From assembly GCA_041649475.1 (NCBI GenBank), contig JBAZNA010000001.1:878594-942593 (forward strand): 64,000 nt of DNA. The letters run 5' to 3'. Position 1 is the stretch's first letter, and each line of letters starts with the position of its first letter. The notes below the pieces were generated by a model. That model saw nothing but the letters and a program-made list of their open reading frames with translations. It searched no databases and was not told where the DNA came from. Of the stretch, positions 41,457 to 51,257 are shown in pieces. The position numbers and the translations under genes are program-made. Source of the stretch: Patescibacteria group bacterium (GTDB lineage Bacteria > Patescibacteriota > Patescibacteriia > Magasanikbacterales > GWA2-37-8).

Positions 41457-42242
41457 TTACCTAAAATCATCCGCGAAGAATTCATAGCCGCCGATTAAAG
41501 TCGGGGTTGAAAGAAAATACCAGATAATCACGTCGTCCAACGGGAAAATCTTTCCAAACAGATTAAAGCTGTAAAAATATTGACCCGGCCACCACCAGCT
41601 GCCAATTTGCAAAGAGATCACTTCATAAATAAAAAACACCACCGCAAAAAACAACGTCGGCAGGATGGTTTTTTTAAGCAATTTAGGATTTTTATAAAAA
41701 ATAAGTATTGACGGGATAATTAAAACCGGCACTGACATCAAAAAATAATTGGCGGTGATTAAATTTTTGTTAAAATAATACAGTCCATAAACAAAAGCCG
41801 ACAACACTATAAATAAACCGATGATATATTTAATATTCTTTGAAATCTTTTTGTTTTTATCTTTATCAACAAAATATTCATAAAAACAAAGTACCCAGAA
41901 AAAATTTAAAAACGCGAACAGCATGTTCTCCAGCGGAACCAACCCGAACGGTCTGCCAAAAATTGACTGCACATCCCAAACATTGGCCAGTCGCGTGGCC
42001 AATTCAATCGGCGGGGCAAAAAGAATCACGGCCAGCAGGGAAAAAAGCAAAACCTTGGTTCGAGAATTTTTCAGCCAGATAAAATTAGCGATGCTGGGAG
42101 GAACCAACACGATCAAAATTGAATAAAGATAATATGGACGGAAAATAAAAACCGCCAGACAAGCCAGCCAAAAATAAACAAATAAATAAATTAATCTTTT
42201 TTTCTTAACGTCAAACACCATAACCCCTAAATTATACCCCAA
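41457..42242 (-). CDS. Membrane protein with duplicated lycopene-cyclase-like domain
   Basis: Two halves each with E..A/S....W and G..PLE/PLD motif; start approximate. Confidence 0.6.
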   Translation of the reverse strand: MGYNLGVMVFDVKKKRLIYLFVYFWLACLAVFIFRPYYLYSILIVLVPPSIANFIWLKNSRTKVLLFSLLAVILFAPPIELATRLANVWDVQSIFGRPFGLVPLENMLFAFLNFFWVLCFYEYFVDKDKNKKISKNIKYIIGLFIVLSAFVYGLYYFNKNLITANYFLMSVPVLIIPSILIFYKNPKLLKKTILPTLFFAVVFFIYEVISLQIGSWWWPGQYFYSFNLFGKIFPLDDVIIWYFLSTPTLIGGYEFFADDFR

Positions 42243-42304
42243 AAACTATCCCCGGCATAGTTGACTTAATTTTTCTGCAATGATAAATTATAAAGGTATA
42301 TATA

Positions 42305-42372
42305 GATATAAACTCATTCGTTCGGAAAAGTTAAAGAAAGCTTTAACTTTTCTCTCACTCATTTCGATTATG
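42305..42372 (+). repeat. Structured start-codon-proximal element, copy 3
   Basis: GATATAAACTCATTCG-hairpin-CACTCATTTCGATT-ATG. Confidence 0.7.
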
Positions 42373-42501
42373 AATAAAGCAAACAACAACCACTGGTATT
42401 TTATTAAGAATCTGTTCGTCTACGCGAAAAGCGGCGGTGGTTTGTTGTGTGTATAAATGTTCATGAAAACACAGAAATCCCGCCTCGCAGGCGGGGTTTT
42501 T
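42370..42501 (+). promoter_or_regulatory. Putative attenuator: 28-aa leader peptide (42370-42456) + terminator (42475-42501)
   Basis: MNKANNNHWYFIKNLFVYAKSGGGLLCV; mutually exclusive pairings with the terminator 5' arm. Confidence 0.6.
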
Positions 42502-42539
42502 AGTTAATATCGCTCTTTCCACATACATGGAGGCCAACC

Positions 42540-43085
42540 ATGAAGTCAGCGGCGGCGGGAATCAAAGTGCGCATGGATGACGGGCACCCGGAATGGGTGG
42601 ATCCCGAAGTCAGCCACACTCAAGAGTTTACGCTCATACCGCCTGCTCTTGAACAGGCGGAGACAAGCCCCAAAACCATCATCCTGTACTGTGAATACTG
42701 TGACAACCTGACTCGGCACCGTGAATTCGATCAGAAGGAGCCGAAGTACAAACCGGTTCGCTGCGGATTCAAGCTGGTGTGGGCACGGGCAACCTGTCTA
42801 AAGTGTGGTTCAATCTACCCGGAGATCTACACTCCGAAGATCGTCCATCTGTACTGCCCCAAGTGCGATCCCGCGGGCGAACGGAAGGTGAAGTATTTCA
42901 AGGTTGAGCCCGGTTATCCCCATCCCCCGCGCACGGAAAGCAATAACTACATCCTGCTTGAACCGAACGCGGTGTGTATGGAGTGCGGATCAGTTGATTA
43001 CAGTTTCACCCAGCTCAAACTGCCGGATGAAAACGTCGTCAGCTTGACCGACCAGATTGACGCCGCCACAGTGCGCAAAATCTGA
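42540..43085 (+). CDS. Cys-rich protein with four CxxC motifs (two probable zinc ribbons)
   Basis: CEYC, CLKC, CPKC, CMEC; GGAGG SD; terminator at about 43123-43155. Confidence 0.75.
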   Translation: MKSAAAGIKVRMDDGHPEWVDPEVSHTQEFTLIPPALEQAETSPKTIILYCEYCDNLTRHREFDQKEPKYKPVRCGFKLVWARATCLKCGSIYPEIYTPKIVHLYCPKCDPAGERKVKYFKVEPGYPHPPRTESNNYILLEPNAVCMECGSVDYSFTQLKLPDENVVSLTDQIDAATVRKI

Positions 43086-43198
43086 TGTCTTCAGACAATG
43101 CGCCGAACAGGCCGACAGGCCACAGAACACCTACGGGGGAAGGTGTTCTTTTTTTAATATTGACGAAATAAAATAAAGCTATACTATACCTATATAGT

Positions 43199-43564
43199 AT
43201 GATATCAACAAAACTTGCTCAAGCGGTCATAAATCCAAACCAGCCCATACCGACGGACAACCCCGTAGTCACCGGCTTAAACATATTCGGCCTTTTTTCG
43301 GGCCTAGGCACGGCCGATCTGCGGTTGGTCATTGCCAACCTAATTAGATTGGCTTTGGGTTTTATTGGTATAATAATGATGATAATGATTATTTGGGGCG
43401 GATTCTTATGGTTAACCGCCGGCGGCAATGACGACCAAACCGCCAAAGCCAAGGGCACACTGGTCAACGCCATCATCGGCCTCGTCATTATTCTGACCGC
43501 CAACAGTATTGTCATGTATCTTATCAGCGCCTTAACCGTCTCAACCGGCGCGCCGCTTTTATAA
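43199..43564 (+). CDS. Pilin-like protein (TrbC/VirB2-like, CPR type)
   Basis: IIWGGFLWLTAGGN....KAK..L.NAIIGLVII. Confidence 0.85.
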   Translation: MISTKLAQAVINPNQPIPTDNPVVTGLNIFGLFSGLGTADLRLVIANLIRLALGFIGIIMMIMIIWGGFLWLTAGGNDDQTAKAKGTLVNAIIGLVIILTANSIVMYLISALTVSTGAPLL

Positions 43565-43581
43565 ATATACCCAATAAATAT

Positions 43582-43839
43582 ATGTCCGAAACCTTTAAAC
43601 AAAAAGTTTTAAAAATCGTTTCCAAAATTCCCAGAGGTTCGGTTTTGACATACAAAGAAGTGGCGACTCGTGCCGGTAGCCATAAGGCCTTCCGGGCGGT
43701 TGGAAATATTTTACACGCCAATCATAACCCCAAGATACCCTGCCATCGCGTGATTGGCTCTGATGGCAAAATGCATGGCTTTAATCGCGGTATTAACACC
43801 AAAATCCGACTCTTAAAACAAGAAGGTCTGACATTCTGA
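43582..43839 (+). CDS. MGMT/Ogt family alkyltransferase domain protein
   Basis: IP.G...TY, RAVG, PCHRV active site. Confidence 0.9.
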   Translation: MSETFKQKVLKIVSKIPRGSVLTYKEVATRAGSHKAFRAVGNILHANHNPKIPCHRVIGSDGKMHGFNRGINTKIRLLKQEGLTF

Positions 43840-43892
43840 CGTCTATTGACAAAATTTACCCTATTTTATATACTTGGGGCATAAAAATCTAT

Positions 43893-43925
43893 GTGGGACC
43901 CCGGCCATCCGGGGGTTTGCACCAC
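43893..43925 (+). promoter_or_regulatory. Probable L1-binding autoregulatory leader
   Basis: GTGGGA-CCCCGG..CCGGGG..ACCAC between promoter (TTGACA 43846, TATACT 43869) and rplA. Confidence 0.5.
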
Positions 43926-43957
43926 TAACAGACCCGCTTTAGCGGGAATTACAAATT

Positions 43958-44638
43958 ATGTCTAAAAGAATGGATGCCCTAAGGGCAAAGGTAGACGCGA
44001 ATAAGGTTTATTCAATTGACGAAGCTATTAAATTAGCCAAAGAAACTTCCGGCGTAAAATTTGACGCCACCGTAGAAGTCCATGCCAACCTGGGCATTGA
44101 CACCAAAAAAACCGAACAACAAGTCAGAGCCACCGTGGTTCTGCCCCATGGCACCGGCAAAAGCAAAACGGTAGCCGCCTTTGTGTCCGCTGAAAAAGAA
44201 AAAGAGGCCAAAGAAGCCGGCGCTGATTTTATTTACGGCGAAGAAGAAATTAAAAAAATAAAAGACACCGGCAAAATTGAATTTGAAGTGGCCGTCACCA
44301 CTCCGGACATGATGCCTAAATTGGCTTCCATCGCCAAGGTGCTCGGCCCTAAGGGTTTGATGCCAAACCCAAAAACCGATACCGTTGGCCCAAACATTAA
44401 AAAAATGATTGAGGAACTGAAAAAAGGAAAAGTCACTTTCAAAAACGACGACACCGCCAACATTCACCAGGCAATCGGCAAAGCCAGCTTCTCCGAAGAA
44501 CAGCTTAAGGAAAACTTGAACGCATTTTTAGACGCCCTAAAGAAAGCCAAGCCGGCCACGGCCAAAGGCACGTTTATCAAAAACCTGGTTCTGTCCTCAA
44601 CTATGGGACCGGCGATTAAACTCACCGCCTCTGCCTAG
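43958..44638 (+). CDS. rplA: 50S ribosomal protein L1
   Basis: KFDATVE, LPHGTGK, LGPKGLMPNPK, STMGP. Confidence 0.97.
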   Translation: MSKRMDALRAKVDANKVYSIDEAIKLAKETSGVKFDATVEVHANLGIDTKKTEQQVRATVVLPHGTGKSKTVAAFVSAEKEKEAKEAGADFIYGEEEIKKIKDTGKIEFEVAVTTPDMMPKLASIAKVLGPKGLMPNPKTDTVGPNIKKMIEELKKGKVTFKNDDTANIHQAIGKASFSEEQLKENLNAFLDALKKAKPATAKGTFIKNLVLSSTMGPAIKLTASA

Positions 44639-44682
44639 AATCATCCACCCCTAAAGGGGTGGTTTTTCAAAAATATGGCAAT

Positions 44683-45708
44683 ATGTTCATAATTGCTACC
44701 GTAGAAAAATATCTGCTGACACAAGATCGTATCAAAAAAATGTTACTCGCGGGTGCGGATGTAATCAGATTTAATTTCTCCTACCGGACCATTGAAGAAA
44801 ACATTAATTTTATAGCCATGGCCCAGCAGGCCATTGATGACCTGAACGCTTCCGCCAAAATTTTGATTGATTTTCCCTTAAATAAATTCCGGCTGGGTGA
44901 CTTTGAAGCAAAATTTTTACCGGTAAATGAAAATGATGAAATAATATTCAAATCCGGGACATATGTTGAAAATTGCCAGGACGGCGTTCCGGTCCAGGTG
45001 CCAAATTTAGGCGAAAAATTACAAATCGGTCAGACCATTACCATCGGCGATGGAGAAATTTCGGTTCAGGTTATTGAAATTATAGATAAAGAATCCGCCC
45101 GGGTAAGAGTTCTCAACAAAGGCCTGCTTCAATACATGAAAACATTTCATATTTTTAAAGAAATTGAAGAAGAAAAAATTTTACAAAACTACGCCGACAT
45201 AATCCGGGGCATAAAACATATCAATCCATACTATTTCGCAATTTCATATTTTAATCCGCAACTGCTGGAACGAATAATTGAACTGATATATAAAGAAGAT
45301 ATAAACCCAAAAATTATTTTAAGAATAGAAAACGAGATGGATGAAAACGAACTTGAAAAAATCTGCCAAACCAATAATTTCCACATGATTCTGATTGACC
45401 GGGGCGAACTGGGAGTCAACATGCCGTATTATAAAACCGGCACGCACCAGAAAAAAATTATTGCCATCGCCAAAAAATACAATAAGCCGGTCATCATCTC
45501 CACCCACATTCTGGAGAGCGCCATGAACAATTATATCCCCAACCGCGCCGAAATATTGGACATCACCAATAGTGTGATTGACGGCGTGGAGGGCCTGATG
45601 CTCTGCCGCGAAACCGCCACCAATGTCCGGCCGGCCTACATCATTTCCGTGGCCAAAAAAATCATTGCCGAAGCGGAAAAGTTCAAAAATCAAACCAGCC
45701 AGACCTAA
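44683..45708 (+). CDS. Pyruvate kinase-like protein, degenerate, no C-terminal domain
   Basis: IIAT, AG.DV.R.NFS, DGEI, RG.LGV, KPVI..T..LES, P.RAE..D, ETA. Confidence 0.8.
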   Translation: MFIIATVEKYLLTQDRIKKMLLAGADVIRFNFSYRTIEENINFIAMAQQAIDDLNASAKILIDFPLNKFRLGDFEAKFLPVNENDEIIFKSGTYVENCQDGVPVQVPNLGEKLQIGQTITIGDGEISVQVIEIIDKESARVRVLNKGLLQYMKTFHIFKEIEEEKILQNYADIIRGIKHINPYYFAISYFNPQLLERIIELIYKEDINPKIILRIENEMDENELEKICQTNNFHMILIDRGELGVNMPYYKTGTHQKKIIAIAKKYNKPVIISTHILESAMNNYIPNRAEILDITNSVIDGVEGLMLCRETATNVRPAYIISVAKKIIAEAEKFKNQTSQT

Positions 45709-45785
45709 GGAAAGCCGCTGTTGCCAAACATCGGCTTTTTTGTTATGCTGAAAAGAGATTTTTACTTCTAAAATAAGCAAAAAAT

Positions 45786-46280
45786 ATGCCGGAAGAAGAA
45801 AAATACATCCGCCCCACCTGGGATGAATATTTTATGGAAATAATGAGGGCGGTTGCCAAAAGATCAACCTGTGATCGGGGTCGGGCCGGTTGTGTAATAG
45901 CCAAAGATAAACAGATACTTGTAACCGGTTATGCCGGTTCGCCCAAGGGTTTACCCCACTGTGATGATGTCGGCCACCAGATGAAAACCACTATTCACGA
46001 AGACGGACACCAAAGTCAACACTGCGTCCGCACTGCCCATGCCGAACAAAACGCCATTGTCCAGGCCGCCAAATTAGGAATTGCCATTGATGGGGGCACA
46101 ATGTATTGCCGAATGACTCCATGCGCGGTGTGCGCCAAAATGATTATAAATGCCGGAATAAAAAGAGTAGTTTGTGAAAAACAATATCATGCCGGAGCTG
46201 AAACTGAAGAAATGTTTAAACAAGTCGGCATTGAATTGGAATTTCTTGAAAAAACCCTAGAAGCTTATGCCAACCAATAA
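45786..46280 (+). CDS. dCMP deaminase (ComEB-like)
   Basis: RPTWDEYFM, HAEQNA, PCAVC. Confidence 0.92.
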   Translation: MPEEEKYIRPTWDEYFMEIMRAVAKRSTCDRGRAGCVIAKDKQILVTGYAGSPKGLPHCDDVGHQMKTTIHEDGHQSQHCVRTAHAEQNAIVQAAKLGIAIDGGTMYCRMTPCAVCAKMIINAGIKRVVCEKQYHAGAETEEMFKQVGIELEFLEKTLEAYANQ

Positions 46281-46815
46281 AATAGTTTTTGTATTCTGTG
46301 GCCTAATGGCCAGCGGCAAAGATACGGCCGCCGAATATTTAGAAAAAAAATATAACGCCAGCATTTTCAGTTTCACCACCATGCTCAACGACGCTTTAGA
46401 CAGATTTTATCTTGAACACAATCGCGATAATCTGGTCAAAATGTCCGAAATTATCAGAAACGCATATGGAGAAGATGCGATGGCCAAAACAATGGGTAAA
46501 GATGTGGAAAACGCCGACAGCAATTTTATTGTTATCTCAAATGCCAGGCGTCTGGCTGACATAGAATATTTATCAAAAATGCCTAATTTTGTATTGATAA
46601 AAATAGAAGCTGACATAAAAACCAGGTACCAACGCCTTTCCACACGCAACCAGAAAGCCGACGACCAGACAAAAACATTCGAACAGTTCGTAGCCGACCA
46701 CCAACGATCAACCGAAGTAAGTATCTTGGAAATTATGAAACACGCCACCGTGACCATAAATAACGACGGCGATCTGGATAATTTGTATAAACAACTAGAT
46801 AATTTAATCAAATAA
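46267..46815 (+). CDS. P-loop nucleotide kinase-like protein
   Basis: GLMASGKDT; C-terminal I.NDG.L..L. Confidence 0.75.
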   Translation: MPTNKIVFVFCGLMASGKDTAAEYLEKKYNASIFSFTTMLNDALDRFYLEHNRDNLVKMSEIIRNAYGEDAMAKTMGKDVENADSNFIVISNARRLADIEYLSKMPNFVLIKIEADIKTRYQRLSTRNQKADDQTKTFEQFVADHQRSTEVSILEIMKHATVTINNDGDLDNLYKQLDNLIK

Positions 46816-46825
46816 GTTAAAAGAT

Positions 46826-47755
46826 ATGAAACAATATCTGGACCTTCTACGTCACATCTACAATAATGGCACGGATAAAGATGACCGCACCGGAGTGGGT
46901 ACACGGAGTGTTTTTGGCTATCAAACACGATACAATTTGGCCGACGGTTTCCCCCTCCTTACTACCAAAAAAGTACACCTCAAATCTGTCATTATAGAAC
47001 TCCTGTGGTTTTTGCGCGGTGACACCAATATACAATTTCTGGTGCAAAACGATGTAAAAATCTGGAATGAATGGGCCTACCAAATTTATTTAGAAAAAAA
47101 TAACTTAGTAGATCAACTTCCCCGTTATTCTGAATCTTGGGAGGCAAAAAAAAATGAATTTATCACCCAAATAAAACAAAATGATGAGTTCGCCAAACAG
47201 TGGGGCGAACTTGGGCCAATTTACGGAAAACAATGGCGGTGTTGGGAAGCAAAAGATGGAAAAAAAATTGATCAGGTTAAAGAAGTCCTGGATCTTATTA
47301 AAAATGACCCCACTTCACGCCGTATCATCATCAGCGGCTGGAATGTGGGCGAAATCCAGGAGCTTATACGAAACCACCACCATGCGCCACCTCCATGTCA
47401 TACACTATTTCAATTTATGGTCGTCGGCGACAAATTGTCTTTGCAGATGTATCAACGAAGCGCCGACACTTTCTTGGGGGTACCTTTTAATATCGCTTCT
47501 TACGCTCTGTTTCTAATGATGGTAGCCCAGGTAAGCGGCTTAAAGGTGGGTGAATTTATACATACCATAGGTGATGCACATATATACCGCAATCACTTTA
47601 ACCAAGTAGAGGAACAGTTGGCGCGCGAACCCCGCCAATTACCTCAAATGAAAATCAACCCGGCGATAAAAGACATTTTCGGTTTTAAATATGAAGATTT
47701 TGAAATCATCGGCTACGAACCACACCCGCCCATAAAGGCCCCGATTGCCGTGTAA
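46826..47755 (+). CDS. thyA: Thymidylate synthase
   Basis: DRTGVGT, ELLWFL, YG.QWR, SRR, PPCH, QRSAD.FLGVPFN, HIY.NH. Confidence 0.97.
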   Translation: MKQYLDLLRHIYNNGTDKDDRTGVGTRSVFGYQTRYNLADGFPLLTTKKVHLKSVIIELLWFLRGDTNIQFLVQNDVKIWNEWAYQIYLEKNNLVDQLPRYSESWEAKKNEFITQIKQNDEFAKQWGELGPIYGKQWRCWEAKDGKKIDQVKEVLDLIKNDPTSRRIIISGWNVGEIQELIRNHHHAPPPCHTLFQFMVVGDKLSLQMYQRSADTFLGVPFNIASYALFLMMVAQVSGLKVGEFIHTIGDAHIYRNHFNQVEEQLAREPRQLPQMKINPAIKDIFGFKYEDFEIIGYEPHPPIKAPIAV

Positions 47756-47756
47756 T

Positions 47757-48230
47757 ATGTTTTCCATCATCGCCGCCGTGGCCAAAAACAACTGCATCGG
47801 AAAAAACAACAAAATCCCCTGGAGCATCCCCGAGGACTTTCAGTATTTTAAGAAAACTACCTTGGGCAAAACCTGTCTGATGGGGCAAAACACCTTTGAA
47901 TCAATCATGGGGTATTTAAACAAACCCCTGCCGGGAAGAAAAACCGCAGTTGTTACTCTTGATAAAAATTTTAAAGCGCCGGCGGATGTGCGTGTTTTTT
48001 ACTCTTTGGACGAGGCCCTGGAAAAATTGAAAGACGAAGACGTGTTTATCTGCGGCGGCGCCAGCATCTATCGCCAAACGATCAATAAAGCCGACTATTT
48101 GTATATCACCTGGGTCAATCAGGAACCGGATGGCGACGTTTTCTTTCCAACTATAGACCCGCAGATCTGGAAAGAAACCTGGCGGGAAGACCATGAAAAT
48201 TTTTCGTTTACAACATATAGTAAGATCTAA
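47757..48230 (+). CDS. folA: Dihydrofolate reductase
   Basis: IG..N.IPW..PED, MG..TFES, PLPGR, GG..IY, GD.FFP. Confidence 0.95.
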   Translation: MFSIIAAVAKNNCIGKNNKIPWSIPEDFQYFKKTTLGKTCLMGQNTFESIMGYLNKPLPGRKTAVVTLDKNFKAPADVRVFYSLDEALEKLKDEDVFICGGASIYRQTINKADYLYITWVNQEPDGDVFFPTIDPQIWKETWREDHENFSFTTYSKI

Positions 48231-48237
48231 CCAAAAT

Positions 48238-48942
48238 ATGTTCATCATGATTGATGGCATTGACGGCAGCGGTAAAAGCACCGTCATCAATACCTGGAAA
48301 GAATACTTAACCTCCCAAGGCAACGCCATTTTTGATCTCAAAGGATACTGGCAGGCCAACCACGAGTATCCTCCCCTGTCAGAATTAAAATCCTATGATT
48401 TTATCTTCAGCTGTGAACCGACTTACGCCGGTGTTGGCCGGGTAATCAGGGAAGAACTGATTAAAAACGGTAATAATTATCCGCCCCGGGCAATTGTGGA
48501 GGCGTTTTCTCTTGACCGGCTGGTGCTTTATGAAAAAATCATCATCCCTTTACTTCACGACAAAAAATTTATAATCCAAGACCGCGGCGTGAGCACATCA
48601 TTGGCCTACCAACACCTTCAGGATGAAAAATTTACCTTTGATTATTTAAGCGACATGCCGGGAAACAAGCTGGCTTTAACAAACCGGCCTGACCACCTGG
48701 TCTTGATGAATCTTTCAGCCGAAGAAGCAATCAAACGATTGCAAACCAGAATGGAAAAAGATGATAATGCCATCTTTGAAAAACTAGAATTTTTAAAAAA
48801 ACTAACCGGCGTGTATCGGTCGCCTGCATATCAGGACCTTTTTACCTCCCGCGGCTGCCAAATAAACAGCTTGAATGCAGAGGTAGAAATTGATATAATG
48901 AAGCAAGAAGCAATTAATTTATTAAAAAGCTTCTTAATTTAA
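48238..48942 (+). CDS. tmk: Thymidylate kinase
   Basis: DGIDGSGKST, EP, DR...S..AYQ, PD. Confidence 0.88.
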   Translation: MFIMIDGIDGSGKSTVINTWKEYLTSQGNAIFDLKGYWQANHEYPPLSELKSYDFIFSCEPTYAGVGRVIREELIKNGNNYPPRAIVEAFSLDRLVLYEKIIIPLLHDKKFIIQDRGVSTSLAYQHLQDEKFTFDYLSDMPGNKLALTNRPDHLVLMNLSAEEAIKRLQTRMEKDDNAIFEKLEFLKKLTGVYRSPAYQDLFTSRGCQINSLNAEVEIDIMKQEAINLLKSFLI

Positions 48943-48946
48943 TAAT

Positions 48947-49705
48947 ATGCTAAAAACAGCCACCGAAATAATCAAAGACAGCTGGTCGGTTTACGCCAGA
49001 TCATTTAAAAAAATCTGGGTATATTTGTTGTTACTGCTCATCCCCACTTTGGCGCTTTCGGCTATTGGCACTCTGTCTCTCTATTTATCCGTCTATCTGC
49101 CTTCTTCAAATTTACCCGGGGAAATTATCACCTTCGTGGTCTTCGCGGCCAGTTTTGTGTTTACCCTCTGGGTTTCCATATCATTCTCCTTTGCCCTGCG
49201 TGATCTGATTTTAGGCCGCGAACCGGCTGATTGGAGAAATAATTTTGGCACATCAAGCAATTTAATCTGGCCGGTAATTTACACCAGCATCCTGGTAACT
49301 TTGATTGTTACCGGTGGCACGCTTTTGCTCGTTATTCCGGGTCTGATCTTCCTGGTCTGGTATAATTTTACTTTCTACAGCATCCTTTTTGAAGGACAAA
49401 AAGGCGTGTCAGCGCTGCGTGCCAGCAAGGCCTTGGTAGTTGGCAGATGGTGGCACATGGCCTGGAGAATTTTGGCGCCATGGATTTTATTCGGGGTTAT
49501 CGCCGGAATTGTCTCTTATATTTTATCAGCGCTGATCCAATATATCCCCCTGACGCCTTTGATCGCGACGATTGTTGAACGTGTTTTAGATACAGTAATT
49601 AACGTTTCCTTAGCGCCGCTCACTGCCGCCGCCACCATCATCTTATATTTCAGCGCCAAAGAAAACCCGGTCGGACAAACAGTGCAGCCGCCAGTCCAAC
49701 CATAA
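48947..49705 (+). CDS. Multi-pass membrane protein
   Basis: LLLVIPG, AL..S..LV.G.WW pattern; about 6 TM segments. Confidence 0.75.
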   Translation: MLKTATEIIKDSWSVYARSFKKIWVYLLLLLIPTLALSAIGTLSLYLSVYLPSSNLPGEIITFVVFAASFVFTLWVSISFSFALRDLILGREPADWRNNFGTSSNLIWPVIYTSILVTLIVTGGTLLLVIPGLIFLVWYNFTFYSILFEGQKGVSALRASKALVVGRWWHMAWRILAPWILFGVIAGIVSYILSALIQYIPLTPLIATIVERVLDTVINVSLAPLTAAATIILYFSAKENPVGQTVQPPVQP

Positions 49706-49708
49706 CCT

Positions 49709-51229
49709 ATGCCTAAACTTATTCCCGTCATCGGCATGGAAATACATGTTGAGCTCAAGACCAAGAGCAAAATGTTTTGTTCCTGTAAAAACGATCCGGA
49801 CCGAACCGCGCCGAACACAAATGTCTGTGAAATTTGTCTGGCTCACCCGGGCACCCTGCCTGTGCCCAACAAATCGGCAATTGAGTGGACGGTAAAAATC
49901 GCCAAGGCCCTGAATTGTTTTATAAACCGCGACAGCAAGTTTGATCGCAAGCATTATTTTTATCCTGATCTGCCCAAGGCCTACCAGATTTCCCAATATG
50001 ACCAGCCCATTGGCGAGCATGGACACATACAATTAGAACATGAAGTTGGCATTACCCGCGTGCACTTGGAAGAAGATACGGCCAAACTGTCGCATGGCGC
50101 TGACGAAAATACTTTGGTTGATTTTAACCGCGCCGGCGTGCCGCTGGTAGAAATTGTTTCCGAGCCGGATATAGAAAACGCCACCGAAGCTAAGGTTTAT
50201 TGCCAGGAACTGCAAATGATTTTTAGATATTTGGGCGTAAGCGACGCTGATATGGAAAAAGGCCACATGCGCTGTGAGGCCAACATTTCCCTTCAGGAAG
50301 AAGGAAAATTTGAAAAAGACGCCGGCACGATTAAACCGATTGGAAAATATAAATTAAACCCGAAAGTGGAAGTAAAAAACATCAATTCTTTCCGCGCGGT
50401 TGAAAAAGCCATTGAATACGAAATCAAAAGACAAACCGAAATGATTAAAAAAGGCGAAACCTGGAAACAGCAAACCCGCGGCTGGGATGATCCCAAAGGC
50501 GAGACCGTTTTACAACGGGAAAAAGAAACTTCGGCCGACTACAGATACTTCCCGGAACCGGACATTCCCCCATTCCACCCCAATACAATTGCCGGCGACG
50601 TAAAATTGCCGGAATTGCCGCAGGCCAAACGCGCACGCTTTAGAAATGAATACGGATTTTCATTCTCTGACGCTGAAATTTTAACCGCCGACCAACATTG
50701 GGCCGGTTACACTGAAGAAGTCATGAGTGAACTCGTTGATTGGGTGCATAGCTTAAAAGAAAAAACCGATACTGATGAAATTTTACGCGATAAAAAACAG
50801 CAAATGGCACGCCTCGCCGGCGGCTGGCTGACCAGCAAACTGATGGGTATGATGGCCGAGCGAAAAATTGACATCCGAATTTTAAAATTGACTCCGGAAA
50901 ACTTTGCCGAACTTATCGCTTTGATCTACGCCAACAAAATTAATTCCACCAATGCCCAAAAATTACTGGCTGAAATGCTGGATTCCGGAGTGGACATGGA
51001 TCCAACCCATATTATGGAGGAAAAGGGCTACGGACAGATTAGTGATGAAAAAAAATTATCTGAAATTGTTGATGAAGTGATAAAAAATCACCCGGCGCAG
51101 GTTGAACAATATAAAAAAGGCAAAGAGCCGCTTTTACAATTTCTCAAAGGCATGGTAATGAAAGCCACTGAAGGCGGCGCTGATCCGCAGGTGGCGGAAA
51201 AACTTCTAAAGAAAAAATTAAAGAATTAA
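49709..51229 (+). CDS. gatB: Asp/Glu-tRNA amidotransferase subunit B
   Basis: IG.EIH, PGTLP, FDRK.YFYPDLPK.YQISQ, EVKN.NS, DYRYFPEPD. Confidence 0.97.
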   Translation: MPKLIPVIGMEIHVELKTKSKMFCSCKNDPDRTAPNTNVCEICLAHPGTLPVPNKSAIEWTVKIAKALNCFINRDSKFDRKHYFYPDLPKAYQISQYDQPIGEHGHIQLEHEVGITRVHLEEDTAKLSHGADENTLVDFNRAGVPLVEIVSEPDIENATEAKVYCQELQMIFRYLGVSDADMEKGHMRCEANISLQEEGKFEKDAGTIKPIGKYKLNPKVEVKNINSFRAVEKAIEYEIKRQTEMIKKGETWKQQTRGWDDPKGETVLQREKETSADYRYFPEPDIPPFHPNTIAGDVKLPELPQAKRARFRNEYGFSFSDAEILTADQHWAGYTEEVMSELVDWVHSLKEKTDTDEILRDKKQQMARLAGGWLTSKLMGMMAERKIDIRILKLTPENFAELIALIYANKINSTNAQKLLAEMLDSGVDMDPTHIMEEKGYGQISDEKKLSEIVDEVIKNHPAQVEQYKKGKEPLLQFLKGMVMKATEGGADPQVAEKLLKKKLKN

Positions 51230-51257
51230 AACAGACCCCGAGAGGGGTCTGTTTTTT
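51228..51257. terminator. Bidirectional terminator gatB/ruvA
   Basis: AAAACAGACCCC-GAGA-GGGGTCTGTTTT. Confidence 0.8.

Noticed and set aside
33942-43155. Prophage or integrative element
   Set aside because: No integrase, transposase or phage structural genes; described only as an accessory region
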